This document shows, piece by piece, positions 27,660 to 43,037 of a stretch of 64,000 nucleotides of DNA (positions within the stretch are counted from its first letter, which is position 1; every line of letters begins with the position of its first letter). This stretch comes from Eledone cirrhosa (Eukaryota): contig OZ024761.1 of NCBI GenBank assembly GCA_964016885.1, forward strand, positions 20,894,001 to 20,958,000. Reading direction: 5' to 3'. Under the pieces are notes generated by a model. The model was given only the letters and a program-made list of their open reading frames with translations, was not told where the DNA came from and ran no database searches. A program made the translations under genes and the position numbers.

Positions 27660-28003
27660 CCCTTTAGCATTTAAACCGGCCATATCCAGCCAGAACTCTC
27701 TCACCTCTTTCTGTTCAAACCGTCCGTAACTGGCCGCTCATACTGATGTTATGTTATTGTTCTCAAAATAAATATATTAAAATCTTATAGATTCGATATT
27801 ATGTGAGATAAAGCCTTTACTGTGAAAATACAATAGTATATATAGAGTAATGTAAATGTTATGTGAGGTATTATGTGAGGTAAAGCCTTTACTGTGAAAA
27901 TACAATAGTATATATAGAGTAATGTAAATGTTATGTGAGATATTATGTGAGGTAAAGCCTTTACTGTGAAAATACAATAGCATATATAGAGTAATGTAAA
28001 TGG
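27660..28003 (+). mobile_element. P1 MITE, right terminus truncated, ~3 x 72-bp units
   Basis: Starts ttaa|CCCTTTAGCATTTAAACCGGCC; body same as other P1 copies. Confidence 0.75.
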
Positions 28004-29136
28004 CTATTTTCTTGGTATTTTTTCTTTTTTTTCTTTTTTTTTTGCTCTTTGTTTAAAACAATATTTTATAATTGTCCAACTAATTAGTAAATCCAATTAA
28101 GAATGATGAAATTCTAAATATAACTCGACAGTCATGTATACATCTAGTTACACTTGAAATAGCAGCAGATTTTACACGATTTGAATTAATTAATAAAATT
28201 TATGACTAATTTTTTTATAGCAACAAGATGGCCGAATTGCTGGAGAGTTTGACAGAAGATATCTTCTGCTATTTACATGGTAGTCAGTTATTGATATTTT
28301 ATTTTCCAGTTTGACTTTATTTTTCATCTTTTCAATGAAAAATAAATACCGGTCATATACTGGGGTTGACATTGTCGAGAGTTTGACACAAGATATCTTC
28401 TGCTATTTACATCGTAACCATTTATTGGTATTTTGGTATTTTGTGTTCCAGTCTCACCGATATCGGTGTTGACAGTTGAAAATAAATACCTGTCACATAC
28501 TGAGGTTGACATTATCAAGAGTTTGACAAATTATTATTATAAAGAGAACATTATTATTATTATTATTTTTTTTTTTTGGTAAAATTGGTTTGGTTTCATT
28601 GATAAGATAGTTAGCTGTCAGTTGGTTGGTTGGTCGTTCTGATAGTTAACTGGTAGGTAGGCTGGCTGCTCCACTGATTTGCTGGTCAGTTGGTTGGTTG
28701 GTCGCTCTAGTTTGGTTTCATTGATAAGATAGTTAGCTGTTGGCTGGCTGGTTAGTGGGTTGTTCTGTTGGTTAGCTAGCTGGCTGGTAGGCTGGCTGTT
28801 CCACTGGTAAGCTGGTTGGCTGGTTGTTCCACTGGCTGGCTGGTAAGCTGGTTGTTCGACTGGCTGGTTAGTTTTTTCATCTCTCCCATTACTATGAATT
28901 ATTCAATTTTGACATTTTATACCTAAATAATAACAGCATGTTACTATTGCTTCAGTCTTTAATAGACTTCTCTCTCTCTCCCCCCCCTCTCTCTCTCCCC
29001 CCCCCCTCTCTCTCTCTCTCTCTCATAATGGTCTAATGTTCTTGGGGCTGCTGCCAGTCGCACTATATATATAGATAGATATATATATCATCATCATCGT
29101 TTAACATTTAACATCCATTTTCCACACTAGCATGGG

Positions 29137-29172
<36 letters not shown>

Positions 29173-29807
29173 TATATATATATATATATATATAGTGTAT
29201 ATATATATATATGTGTGTGTGTGTGCATACATATGTGTGTGTGTATTTTTCAGTATGTTATTTTTTTTTTTTGTATTTCTTGGGGTGAGGGTTGCTGTTG
29301 TTATTGTAGGTGGTGATGATGGTGGTGGTGGTGATGATGATGGTGGAGGTGGTGGTGGTGGTGGTGGTGGTGGTGGTGTTTCTAGTAGTGGTTGCTGTTG
29401 TTGTTGTTATTTCTTCCCCCAACTCATTAAGTCTCTCCTCTGTCTTATGGAAGCAAGAAACCTTGCATACTTTTATTATCAACATTGTATTGTTTTTTGT
29501 TTTGTTTTGTTTCTTGGGGGGGGGGGGAGATGGAGGGGGGGCTGGGTTGGTGGTGGAGATGGAGGGGGGGGGGGTGTTCTTCTTTATCTATTGATTCGGA
29601 TCAATAAGTGACCAGCGTGTGTGAGAGTGGGTGGAGGGGGAGAGGAGTGACTTATGGAGCATTCTATATTTTTATGGCTGAGTTGAGTTTGAGTTTCACT
29701 TGCTGCTGTATCCTCCTCCTCCTCCTCCTCCTCCTCGCTGCCTCTTCCTCATCATCACCACCATCATCATCATCATCACCATCACCATCATCACCATCAT
29801 CATCATC

Positions 29808-29878
<71 letters not shown>

Positions 29879-30143
29879 CATCATCATCACCATCATCATC
29901 ACCACCATCATCATCATCATCATCACCATCATCATCACCATCACCATCATCATCATCATCACCATCATCATCACCATCATCTTCACCATCATCATCATCA
30001 TCACCATCATCATCATCATTTTTATGTCTTTATCCTATCTTTCCATGCTTACACAAGTTGGACAAAACATTTTTGGCAGCAGTTATCTGTCCTTCCTGAT
30101 GTGCCAGCCCATATCTTAGTTTAAATTTTAAATATGGTAATTA

Positions 30144-30202
<59 letters not shown>

Positions 30203-30259
30203 CATACATATAACGCCACCACTAACAGTTTTGCAAGAGATGTCAACATAAATGAATCT

Positions 30260-30458
30260 GTTATTTTTATCTAAAGACATGTTTTCCAATTCCACCCCGC
30301 CCGTCCCCTCAATCAATCTTATTTCTCATTCTTTCTTCTGATGAAGGACTAGCGTCCAAAACGTTAAGACCCTCTTCCTGCTATATCAAGCGTTAACCTA
30401 ATATATCCCTTCCATATACTGTACCAATTGTGTTGTTATTTCTGTTTACCTTTTACAT

Positions 30459-30460
<2 letters not shown>
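30260..30460 (+). mobile_element. ~200-bp hammerhead-bearing dispersed repeat (Penelope-like pLTR/retrozyme-like); other copies at ~40690-40880 (-) and ~51050-51240 (-)
   Basis: Near-identical reverse-complement copy at 40690-40880 and a diverged copy at 51 kb, all centred on the family A hammerhead. Confidence 0.6.
30334..30369 (+). ncRNA. Family A hammerhead motif with G12->A core mutation (predicted inactive)
   Basis: TCTT-CTGATGA-A-GGAC tagc GTCC-AAAAC-GTT-AAGA is identical to the 40783 copy except GAAA->AAAA. Confidence 0.7.
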
Positions 30461-30524
<64 letters not shown>

Positions 30525-30572
30525 ATGAAGTTTAAGTCAAAAGGTTAAAATTAACTTTGTTTATTCCTAGGC

Positions 30573-30631
30573 ACTGTTATATATATTTCGGTGATAACCA
30601 TTATGCAACAGCTATCACCTCATCAATAATA
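30573..30631 (-). ncRNA. Family B hammerhead motif, degenerate (C3->U, weak stem I)
   Basis: Minus strand reads TTGATGA-GGTGATAGCTGTT gcat AATGGTTATCACC-GAAA-TATATA-TA-ACAGT, with a 13-bp stem II including G-U pairs. Confidence 0.6.
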
Positions 30632-31779
30632 AATGCAAAGACTAATATATATATATATATATATATATATTCTTAGATATTAATTTGTTTTATCAATTAG
30701 TTGATATTGTAAAATATTGTAAAAACAACAATAACAAAACAACAACAACAACAAACAATAACAAAACAACAACAACAACAAACAATAACAAAACAACAAC
30801 AACAAACAATTTATATTTGATCTTTTCTCAAATATCTTTGGACATTTTCCAGTTTCAACGTTGACGGAAAATGAAGTGTAAATTAAACTGTCGGCTTTCC
30901 GGAATAATATCTGTGTGTAAGGTGTGTAAGGTGTGTGTGTGGATAGATATGTATGTGTGAATGTGTGTCCCTATGTGTGTATATGTGTGTCTGTGTGTGT
31001 GTATGTTTTCATACGCATTAATCTTCCATACATGACATGGAAAATTGTTTCTCAATTTACATTTTCTCTTCCCACTGCACCCACTCCCATTTTGTTTCTA
31101 TCATCATCACCACCATCAACACCATCATCGCCATCATCATCACCATCACCATAAACATCCTCCTCTTTATCATGGAAGGTTTCTATTTAAATATAACCCA
31201 TTCGAACCCTTTCATTACCATATTTCTAAAGAAAGACGTCGTCTATGATTTTAAACTAATTTTGAATAATATTAAAAAAAGTTAGGATATTTATTGATAT
31301 ACACCAAAGTTTGCCTTTGTTGAGCTGTTGTTTGGAATATAAGAATGGCGCTTCCATAGAATTGTGATGGAAACTGTTTGAAGATAAATATAAACACTTT
31401 AACCCTTTTGTTAACATATTTCTAACGAGAAACATTATCTGTGATTTTCAAATAATTTTGAAAATAGTCAAGAATTCGGAGGAATTTCATTATCATCATC
31501 GTTATTATCATCATCATCGTTTAACATCCATTTTCCATGCTAGCATGGGTAGGACAGATTGTCCCTTTGGGAGAGAATCAGGTCAGAGAGCCATGTTTCG
31601 CTCACCCTAGGCCGATTTTGGTTTGGTTTTTACAGCTGGAGGCTCTTCCTAACCCCAACCACATTTACAGTGTGTGCTTAACTTTTTCATTGTTTTACCC
31701 GATATTTGAAACAAAAGATATATATATATATATACATATAATATGATGTATACATATAAGCTTATCAATAAAAGGTGTG

Positions 31780-31837
<58 letters not shown>

Positions 31838-31964
31838 TGAACAATATATATTTTAGTCAGCATAAGTAGACAATTAAAATAGACACAGAAACATATGTTA
31901 TAGCAAATAAATTCATGATCTCCTTCACACCAACGTTTATATTTTTCTTGGTGCAATACTTGCT

Positions 31965-32138
<174 letters not shown>

Positions 32139-33956
32139 CGTATCATTAAAAGGTGTGTGAAAGAGTGTGTGTGTGTGAAAGTGTGTATGTGTGAAAATGA
32201 CTAATATTTATTAATTTTATTATGTCGTAATATCCTTAAATGGCTCTCAAGAAAGTAATAGAAATGTTGTGGTGTCTTCTTGTAAAATACCATTGCTTCT
32301 TTCTACAGTGACTCAATGACTTTATGACATTACTACAGCTGGTACTGGTGTAGTGTAGCATGGTGGTGGTGGTGTGGTGGTAGTGGTGGTGGTGTGGTGG
32401 TAGTGGTGGTGGTAGTGGTGGTAGTGGTGGTGGTAGTGGTGGTAGTGGTGGTGGTAGTGGTGGTAGTGGTGGTGGTAGTGGTGGTAGTGTGACAGTCATT
32501 GTTGGTGGTGTAGTGGTGGTGGTACTGGTGTAGTGTAGCATGGTGGTGGTGGTGGTGGTGGTAGTGGTGGTGTGGTGGTGGTAGTGGTGGTGGTGGTGGT
32601 GGTAGTGGTGGTAGTGTGACAGTCATTGTTGGTGGTGTAGTGGTGGTGGTACTGGTGTAGTGTAGCATGGTGGTGGTGGTAGTGGTGGTAGTGGTGGTGT
32701 GGTGGTGGTGGTGGTAGTGGTGGTAGTGGTGGTGTGGTGGTGGTAGTGGTGGTGGTAGTGGTGGTAGTGGTGGTGTGGTGGTGGTAGTGGTGGTAGTGGT
32801 GGTGGTAGTGGTGGTGTTGGTAGTGGTGGTAGTGGTGGTGGTGGTAGTGGTGGTAGTGCTGGTGGTAGTGGTGGTAGTGGTGGTGGTGGTAGTGGTGGTA
32901 GTGGTGGTAGTAGTGGTGGTAGTGGTGGTGGTAGTGGTGGTAGTGGTGGTGGTAGTGGTGGTGGTGGTAGTGTAGCATGGTGGTGGTGGTAGTAGTGGTG
33001 GTAGTGGTGGTGGTAGTGGTGGTAGTGGTGGTGGTGGTAGTGGTGGTGCTGGTGATGGTAGCAATGGAAGCAATGATGAAGATGATGATGATGATTGTCA
33101 TGGTAGTAATGGTGATGGTTGTGGTGGTGGTAGTGGTGGTGTAGTGGTGGTAGTGGTGGTAGTAGTGGTGGTAGTGGTGGTGGTAGTGGTGGTGTAGTGG
33201 TGGTGGTGGTAGTGTAGCATGGTGGTGGTGGTAGTGGTGGTAGTGGTGGTGGTAGTGGTGGTGGTAGTGGTGGTGGTGGTAGTGGTGGTAGTGGTGGTGA
33301 TGATGATGGTAGCAATGGAAGCAATGATGAAGATGATGATGATGATTGTCATGGTAGTAATGGTGATGGTTGTAACAATGGTAGAAATGATGGCGGTGGT
33401 GATGATGATGATGGTGGCGGTGGTGATGATGGTGGCGGTGGTGGTGATGATGATGATGGTGGCGGTGGTGATGATGATGATGATGGTGGCGGTGGTGATG
33501 ATGATGATGATGGTGGCGGTGGTGATGATGATGATGGTGGCGGTGGTGATGATGGTGGTGATGGTGGCGGTGGTGATGATGATGATGGTGGCGGTGGTGA
33601 TGATGGTGGCGGTGGTGATGATGATGATGATGGTGGCGGTGGTGATGATGATGATGATGGTGGCGGTGGTGATGATGATGATGGTGGCGGTGGTGATGAT
33701 GGTGGTGATGGTGGCGGTGGTGATGATGATGATGGTGGCGGTGGTGATGAAAGGAGCTGCTGTTGCTGTTACTAACATCTAATATATTTTACATGTCTGT
33801 AATTATTCTAATTGCACGTGTGGCTCGTTAAAGTGTCTCTTGAAATAATGAAATAATGAACAACACCACCATATACATACATACACACATACACACACAT
33901 ACATACATACATACATACATACACACATACACACATACATACATACATACATACAT

Positions 33957-34073
<117 letters not shown>

Positions 34074-34093
34074 TACATACATACATACATACA

Positions 34094-34129
<36 letters not shown>

Positions 34130-34140
34130 TATATACATAC

Positions 34141-34204
<64 letters not shown>

Positions 34205-34249
34205 AAGTTAAATAAAAAGTCAAATGTCTAAGATTTAGCTTCGTTTATT

Positions 34250-34304
34250 ACTGCTATACATATTTCAGTGACAGCCATCTTTGGCTGTGACCTCTTCAGG
34301 CAGT
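34250..34304 (-). ncRNA. Type-I hammerhead ribozyme motif (family B, long stem II), core intact
   Basis: Minus strand reads ACTGC-CTGAAGA-GGTCACAGCCA aaga TGGCTGTCACT-GAAA-TATGTA-TA-GCAGT. This gives a 5-bp stem I, CUGANGA and GAAA cores, an ~11-bp stem II with one mismatch, a short near-palindromic stem III and an AUA cleavage triplet. Confidence 0.8.
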
Positions 34305-34369
34305 TTGAATTAGTATGGTATAGACAAGTACATATGTTGTTGAGGTGTATAATATTGTCAATATATGCT

Positions 34370-34412
<43 letters not shown>

Positions 34413-34521
34413 CATATATATATATATATATATGGTTGTGTTGAGTCAACAGTAGTGTATATATATATATATACATACATATATATATATATATACATAC
34501 ACATATATATATATATATACG

Positions 34522-34554
<33 letters not shown>

Positions 34555-34573
34555 TACTGTTGACTCAACACAA

Positions 34574-34613
<40 letters not shown>

Positions 34614-34632
34614 TACTGTTGACTCAACACAA

Positions 34633-34670
<38 letters not shown>

Positions 34671-34857
34671 CACTGTTGACTCTGCTGTCTGGGAAGAGAC
34701 AGCTGCCATCTTTTACTCTTTCTTCAATATTGAGACTTGCTGTTCTTGTTATCTTTCAATTGGAAACATTCTTAAGATATCACACCCGCCGTGGGGTGGG
34801 GGTGTAGATGGGGGGGGGGTGGGTGGGTGGGGGGGGGGGGGGGGGGTAGTAGATGTT

Positions 34858-35306
34858 TTACACCAGACCTGGGCCTATTGCCAACTCTACAAGAGGGGTG
34901 GGAGGCCACATCTCAACACCCCGGGCCTATTGCCAACTCTACAAGAGGGGTGGGAGGCCACATGTCACCACACCGGGCCTATTGCCAACTCTACAAGAGG
35001 GGTGGGAGGCCACATGTCACCACACCGGGCCTATTGCCAACTCTACAAGAGGGGTGGGAGGCCACATCTCACCACCCCGGGCCTATTGCCAACTCTACAA
35101 GAGGGGTGGGAGGCCACATCTCACCACCCCGGGCCTATTGCCAACTCTACAAGAGGGGTGGGAGGCCACATGTCACACCAGACCCGGGCCTATTGCCAAC
35201 TCTACAAGAGGGGTGGGAGGCCACATGTCACCACCCCGGGCCTATTGCCAACTCTACAAGAGGGGTGGGAGGCCACATGTCACCACCCCGGGCCTATTGC
35301 CAACTT
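34858..35306. repeat. 52-bp GC-rich minisatellite, ~8.5 copies
   Basis: Unit ccgggcctattgccaactctacaagaggggtgggaggccacatgtcaccaca. Confidence 0.95.
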
Positions 35307-36042
35307 ACAACATGGCTGGTTTTTATTGAAAACTAGTTTTTCATCTTTATCTCCCTTGTTTTGGTGTTTATCTTATTTCTAATGTTTAGTTTTATTTTTA
35401 TTAGTAACTATATTAGTATCTGTATTAGTACCTGTATTAGTACCTGTATTAGTAACTATATTAGTAACTATATTAGTAACTATATTAGTAACTATATTAG
35501 TATCTGTATTAGTATCTGTATTAGTATCTGTATTAGTATCTGTATTAGTACCTGTATTAGTACCTGTATTAGTATCTATATTAGTAGCTGTATTAGTAGC
35601 TGTAGTAGGTTTAGTTGTGTGTGTGTGTGTGCTTCTGTGTATGTGTGTGTGCTTCTGTGTGCGCGTGTGTGCTTCTGTATGTATGTAGTGTAGTTTGTGT
35701 GTGTGCGTGCTTGTATGTGTGTGTGTGTATATGCCTGTGTATATGTGCTTGCATATATGTGTGTGCGTATGTATGTGCTTATGTAAATGTGCTTGCATGC
35801 ATGTGTGTGAGTGTGTGTGTGTGCATGTACCTGTATCTGCATGTGTGTATATATATATATACACATGTATACCTTTCTATATGAGTTTGTGTATGTATGT
35901 GTATATATATATATATATATATGCTTGTCTATATGTGTTTGTGCATATGTATGTATGTATATATATATATATATATATATATGCTTGTCTATATGTGTTT
36001 GTGTATACATATATATATAAGCTTATGTACATATGTTTGTGC

Positions 36043-36085
<43 letters not shown>

Positions 36086-36895
36086 TGAGTGTATGTAAGT
36101 GTATGCATTTGTGTGTACATGTGTCTGAACATGTGTGTGTACATGTGTGTGTGTGCATGTGTCTGTACATGTGTGTGTATGCATGTGTGTGCACATGTGT
36201 GTGTGTACATGTGTGTGTGTGTACATGTGTGTGTGTACATGTGTGTGTGTGCATGTGTGTGTACATGTGTGTGTGTACATGTGTGTGTGTACATGTGTGT
36301 GTGTGTACATATGTGTGTGTGTACATGTGTGTGTGTACATGTGTGTGTGTGTACATGTGTGTGTGTGTACATGTGTGTGTGTGTGTACGTGTGTGTGTGT
36401 ACATGTGTGTGTGTGTGCACGTGTGTGTGTACATGTGTATGTGTACATGTGTGTGTGTACATGTGTGTGTGTGTTTACATGTGTGTGTGTGTGTGCATGT
36501 GTGTGTGTGTACATGTGTGTGTGTGTGTGTACATGTGTGTGTGTGTGTGTACATGTGTGTGTGTACATGTGTGTGTGTGTGTGTACATGTGTGTGTGTGT
36601 ACCTCCACTCCACACTGCCTGCTGCTGCTGCTGCTACTGCTGCTAGCTACAACAACAACAACAACAACAGCCACAGCAACACTTCTGTCTCCACCGTTCT
36701 AGCGGACTCTTTTCTACAAGGATCTAGGAGAAGAGAACTTGCCGTTTATTCAACATTTCGGCCCTTGTTTTCCCCGGAGGGGGGGAAGTACATTTTTTTT
36801 GTGGGGGGGAATAATTAGGGGAGAAAAGTGAGCATACACATATATATATATACATATATATATACACATATATATATATACACATATATATATAT

Positions 36896-36933
<38 letters not shown>

Positions 36934-36981
36934 TCATATATATATATTCATATTCATATATATATACATATATATATATAT

Positions 36982-37028
<47 letters not shown>

Positions 37029-37062
37029 CATATATATATATGTACATATACCATCTTCTTTC

Positions 37063-37113
<51 letters not shown>

Positions 37114-37351
37114 TATACCATCATCTTCTTTCATTTTATATATATATACATATTACATACCCATATAGAGGAGAAAAGTAAAAAGTCATACATATATACA
37201 CATATACATACATATACCATCTTCTTTCATAAATATATATATATACATACATGCATATACACACACATATCTTATCTTTTCATCTATATCTAGTTTTTTA
37301 TCTTTAACTATCATCCCATCACTGCAAACACACACATATATATATATATAT

Positions 37352-37382
<31 letters not shown>

Positions 37383-37387
37383 CATAT

Positions 37388-37440
<53 letters not shown>

Positions 37441-37457
37441 TATATATATACACACAC

Positions 37458-37528
<71 letters not shown>

Positions 37529-37561
37529 CACACACACACACACATATATATATACACACAC

Positions 37562-37612
<51 letters not shown>

Positions 37613-37643
37613 CACCTTCATTATCAGCTGTGTGTGTGTGTAT

Positions 37644-37674
<31 letters not shown>

Positions 37675-39686
37675 ATCATTATTTTACGTCTGCCTTTCCC
37701 TGCAAGGGTGGGACATATATATACCTTAAAACTGCCCCCTTCTTCACAAAATGTAAGGTCCCAGATGGAATTATATAAACCTCCCCCCCCCCCCCCAAAA
37801 AAAAAAAACAACAAAAGAAATAAACTCCCTAAACATGCACAACCCCACCCCACCCCCTAATTCTGCCCCACCCCCAACAAGATACAACAAAAACACAAAA
37901 AGGTAATTAACTGCCAGGTGTAAAAAAAATACACTAAAAACAACCACACACACACACGCACACACACACACACCAGTACCCACACACACGCACACACACA
38001 CACACCAGTACCCACACACACGCACACACACACACACCAGTACCCACACACACGCACACACACACACACCAGTACCCACACACACTAGTACATCCACACA
38101 CACCAGTACCCACACACACTAGTACATACACACACACCAGTACCCACACACACTAGTACATACACACACACCAGTACCCACACACACTAGTACATACCCA
38201 CACACACCAGTACCCACACACACTAGTACATACACACACACCAGTAACCACACACACTAGTACATACACACACACCAGTACATACACACACACTAGTACA
38301 TACACACACACCAGTACCCACACACACTAGTACATACACACACACCAGTACCCACACACACTAGTACATACACACACACACTAGTACATACACGCACCAG
38401 TACATATACATACAAGCACTTATACACAAGCACATACACCCACAAACATATATAGACACATACATACAGAAGAATACATGCACACTGCAGTGTAAATATA
38501 CACACGTGCACATACACAGCCATATTTACAAACACAAACACAAACACCACCAGGTGAAAAAAAAGACCCTTAGAACAACAACTACAACACCAAACCCTGT
38601 GTTTTTCCACCACCACCACCACCACCACCACCACCAACACCACCACTAACTACACTAACTATAACACCACCACCAAACCACCACCACCACCAACACCACC
38701 AACACCACCACCAACTACACTAACTATAACACCAACACCACCAACAACAACAACTACACTAACTATAACACCACCACCAAACCACCATCACCAATACCAC
38801 CACCAACAACAACACTAACTATAACACGACCACCACCACCACCAACACCACCACCACCACCACCACCACCAACACCAACACCACCAACAGCAACACTAAC
38901 TATAACACCACCACCAACATTATCAACACCGCACCACCACCACCACCACCAACACTAATAACCCCCCCCCCCCCCAACACCACCACCAACACCAATACCC
39001 CCCCCCCCCACCACCACCACCACCAAACCTTCTGTGTCACCCCCCACACCATCCCCTGACTTCAGAAATGTGGAAGAAATACAAAAAGGATAAACGTAGA
39101 AAGTCTACCTTGGGATCCAGATGTGTTTGTCCAGAACCGGACAATGATGTAAATATTACATTACTAACTTCTCTCTTTCTTTCCTTCTTCCTTCCGTTCT
39201 TTCCTTCTTTCTTTCTTTCTTTCTTCCGTTCTTTCTTTCTTTCTTTCATTTTCTTTTTTTTTCATCTTAAAAAGGAAAAAAAAATTGTTTTAAAAAGAAA
39301 AATTATTTCTGTGTGTATGTGTCTATGTGTGTGTGTGTGTCTATGTGTGTGTGTGTCTGTGTCTATGTGTGTGTGTCTGTGTCTATGTGTGTGTGTCTGT
39401 GTCTATGTGTGTCTGTGTCTATGTGTGTGTGTCTGTGTCTATGTGTGTATGTGTCTGTGTCTATGTGTGTGTGTATGTCTCTATGTGTGTGTGTGTGTGT
39501 GTGTGTGTCTGTGTCTATGTGTGTATGTGTCTGTGTGTGTATGTGTCTGTGTGTGTCTGTGTGTGTGTGTGTATGTGTGTGTGTGTCTGTGTCTATGTGT
39601 GTGTGTGTGTGTTTGTTAGTGTTTTTGGTGTTATTTTATTTTTTATTTTTATTGTTTGTGTTTGTGTCTATATGTATATGTGTGTG

Positions 39687-39717
<31 letters not shown>

Positions 39718-40501
39718 GAGTATCTCTCTCTCTATATATATATATATGAGTATCTATATATATATATATGTGTGTCTATATATATATGTGTGTCGATATA
39801 TATGTATATGTGTGTGTCTATATATGTCTATATATATGTATATGTGTGTCTATATATATATGTATATGTGTGTCTATATATATATGTATATGTGTGTCTA
39901 TATATATATGTATATGTGTGTCTATATATATGTATATGTGTGTCTATATATTATTATTGTTATTATTATCTCTTGTCTCGTCCATGTCAGTCTGTCAACA
40001 CACGTCAGACAGTGTGTATATTTACACCTGCAAGTGGTGGTGTGTATGTATCTTTACACACATGCACGTATGTTTCTATGTACAAGTGTGTTGTTGTTTG
40101 TTTACATACACATATCTCTATGTAAAACACACCTACACACACATACTCACACACACACACACACGCACATGCAAGTGTGTATGTTTACACATATCTGTAT
40201 GTAAAACACACCTACACACGCAAGTGTGTATGTTTACACATATCTGTATGTAAAACACACACACACATGCAAGTGTATATGTTTACACATGCAAGCATGT
40301 GTGTATGTTTGTATATATGAGCGGGACACGGTCACCCTACCCAACTTGCCTTTAAATGGGACAAACCCGTCTAACCCATGCTAGCGTGGAAGATGGACGT
40401 TAATCGATGATGTATGTATGTGTGTGTGTGTGTTTATATATGTGTGTCTTTTTAAATGTGTGTGTGTTTATATATACATGCATGTATGTGTGTCTTTATA
40501 A

Positions 40502-40532
<31 letters not shown>

Positions 40533-40782
40533 TATTTACATATGCAAGCATATGTAAGTTTACACATGTAAGTGTGTGTAAGTTTGCACGTGAAAATTAA
40601 ATGTATATGTGTATATGATTATACATGCACGCATGTATGTGTGTGTGTGTGTTTATGAATGTTTGGGATTTACACACACACACACACATATGTGTGTAGA
40701 AGGTAAACAGAAATAACAACACAATCAGTACAGTATATGGAAGGGATATATTAGGTTAACACTTGATATAGCAGGAAGAGGG

Positions 40783-40818
40783 TCTTAACGTTTCGGACGC
40801 TAGTCCTTCATCAGAAGA
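40783..40818 (-). ncRNA. Minimal type-I hammerhead ribozyme motif (family A), core intact
   Basis: Minus strand reads TCTT-CTGATGA-A-GGAC tagc GTCC-GAAAC-GT-T-AAGA. Stem I is 4 bp, there is an extra A after A9, stem III is a loopless ACGU palindrome, and the triplet is GUU. Confidence 0.75.
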
Positions 40819-40914
40819 AAGAATGAGAAATAAGATAGATTGGGGGGACGGGCGGGTTGGAATTGGAAAAAATAACAGAGTTTTTATAAGAAACAGTTGC
40901 TGTTTGATGTTGGC

Positions 40915-42460
40915 AGAACAACAACATCAACACCAACAACAACAACACCACCACCACCACCACCACCACCAACAACAACAACACCACCACCACCACCACC
41001 ACCACCACCACCACCACCACCACCACCACCACAACCACCACCACTACATACCGCACCACCACCACCACATACCGCACCACCACCACCACTACAAACACCA
41101 CCACCACTACCACCACCAACACCACCACCACCACCACCACCACCACCACCACCACCACAACCACCACCACTACATACCGCACCACCACCACCACCACATA
41201 CCGCACCACCACCACCACATACCGCACCACCACCACCACTACAAACACCACCACCACTACCACCACCAACACCACCACCAACACCATCATCACTACAACC
41301 ACTACCACCACCAACACCACCAACACCAACACTAACACCACCACTACCACCACCACAACCACTACCACCACCTCCACAACCACCACTACCACCACCACTA
41401 CCACCACCACCACCACCAACACCACCACCACTACCAACACCACCACCACCACCACCATCACCACTACCACCACCACCACCACCACCACCACCACCAACCA
41501 CCACCACCACCACTACCACCACTACCACCACCACTACCACCACCACTACCAACACCACCACCACCACCACCATCACCACTACCACCACCACCACCACCAC
41601 CACCAACCACCACCACCACCACTACCACCACTACCACCACCACCACTACCACCACCACTACCAACACCACCACCACCACCACCATCACCACTACCACCAC
41701 CACCACTACCACCACCAACACCACCACCAACACCATCATCACTACAACCACTACCACCACCAACACCACCAACACCAACACTAACACCACCACTACCACC
41801 ACCACAACCACTACCACCACCTCCACAACCACCACTACCACCACCACTACCACCACCACCACCACCAACACCACCACCACTACCAACACCACCACCACCA
41901 CCACCATCACCACTACCACCACCACCACCACCACCAACCACCACCACCACCACTACCACCACTACCACCACCACCACTACCACCACCACTACCAACACCA
42001 CCACCACCACCACCATCACCACTACCACCACCTCCACAACCACCACTACCACCACCACTACCACCACCACCACCACCAACACCACCACCACTACCAACAC
42101 CACCACCACCACCACCATCACCACTACCACCACCACCACCACCACCAACCACCACCACCACCACTACCACCACTACCACCACCACCACTACCAACACCAC
42201 TACCAACACCACCACCACCACCACCATCACCACTACCACCACCTCCACAACCACCACTACCACCACCACTACCACCACCACCACCACCAACACCACCACC
42301 ACTACCAACACCACCACCACCATCACCACTACCACCACCACCACCACCACTACCACCACTACCACCACCACCACCACCACCACCAACCACCACCACCACC
42401 ACCACCACCACCACCATCACCACTACCACCACCACCACCACCACCAACCACCACCACCAA
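40915..42460. repeat. Long compound (ACC/ACT/AAC)n trinucleotide tract; similar tracts at 23640-24190, 24510-24770, 29750-30020, 32340-33750, 38610-39030, 61450-61800, 62383-62805
   Basis: Direct reading; source of the poly-P/T/H/V/G ORFs in the track. Confidence 0.95.
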
Positions 42461-42707
42461 TGTAGTCTGGATTATAAACAGCTGCAACTTAAGATGGAGA
42501 TAAATATAAAGATAAAGAAACAGATTAACAAATAAACTCCGTCCTCCTCCATCCCTAATTATCAGAGTTACCAGTCTTTACATCTGACGTCTGCTGGAGG
42601 TTCTGCTTCTTTCTAGCTGTTTAAATACTGTCAAAAGTCAACTTCACTATGGCACCTATCATATAGTAATTGTTATTATTATATTATATAATATAATAAT
42701 AATATAT

Positions 42708-43037
42708 GGAGGCACATGGCTTAGTGGTTAGAGCATTGGCCTTGCAATCGAAAGGTTGTGAGTTCAATTCTCAGACCGAGTGATGTGTTGTTTCCTTGAG
42801 CAAGACACTTTATTTCACATTGCTCCAGTTTACTCAGCTGTAGAAATGAGATGATAGGGACTGGGGTCCCTATCATTCCACTGCAAAGTGGACGTGTAGG
42901 TGCCACGGCAAAAAAGCACCCAGCACTCACTGTAAATGAGGTTGGTGTTAGGAAGGGCATCCAGCTGTAGAAATCAAGCCAGAATCAGTTCCCGTCTCAC
43001 TCTTGCAAGCAGGGAAAAGCAGACGTAAAATGAAATG
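42708..43037 (+). mobile_element. Near full-length tRNA-derived SINE with RTE-like 3' tail
   Basis: A box TGGCTTAGTGG, B box GTTCAATTC, body ccttgagcaagacactttatttcac. The tail gcaagcagggaaaagcagacgtaaaatga is shared with the RTE LINE copies. Confidence 0.85.

Noticed and set aside
42708-42780. tRNA-like A/B boxes as a tRNA gene
   Set aside because: No complete cloverleaf; it continues into SINE body and tail.
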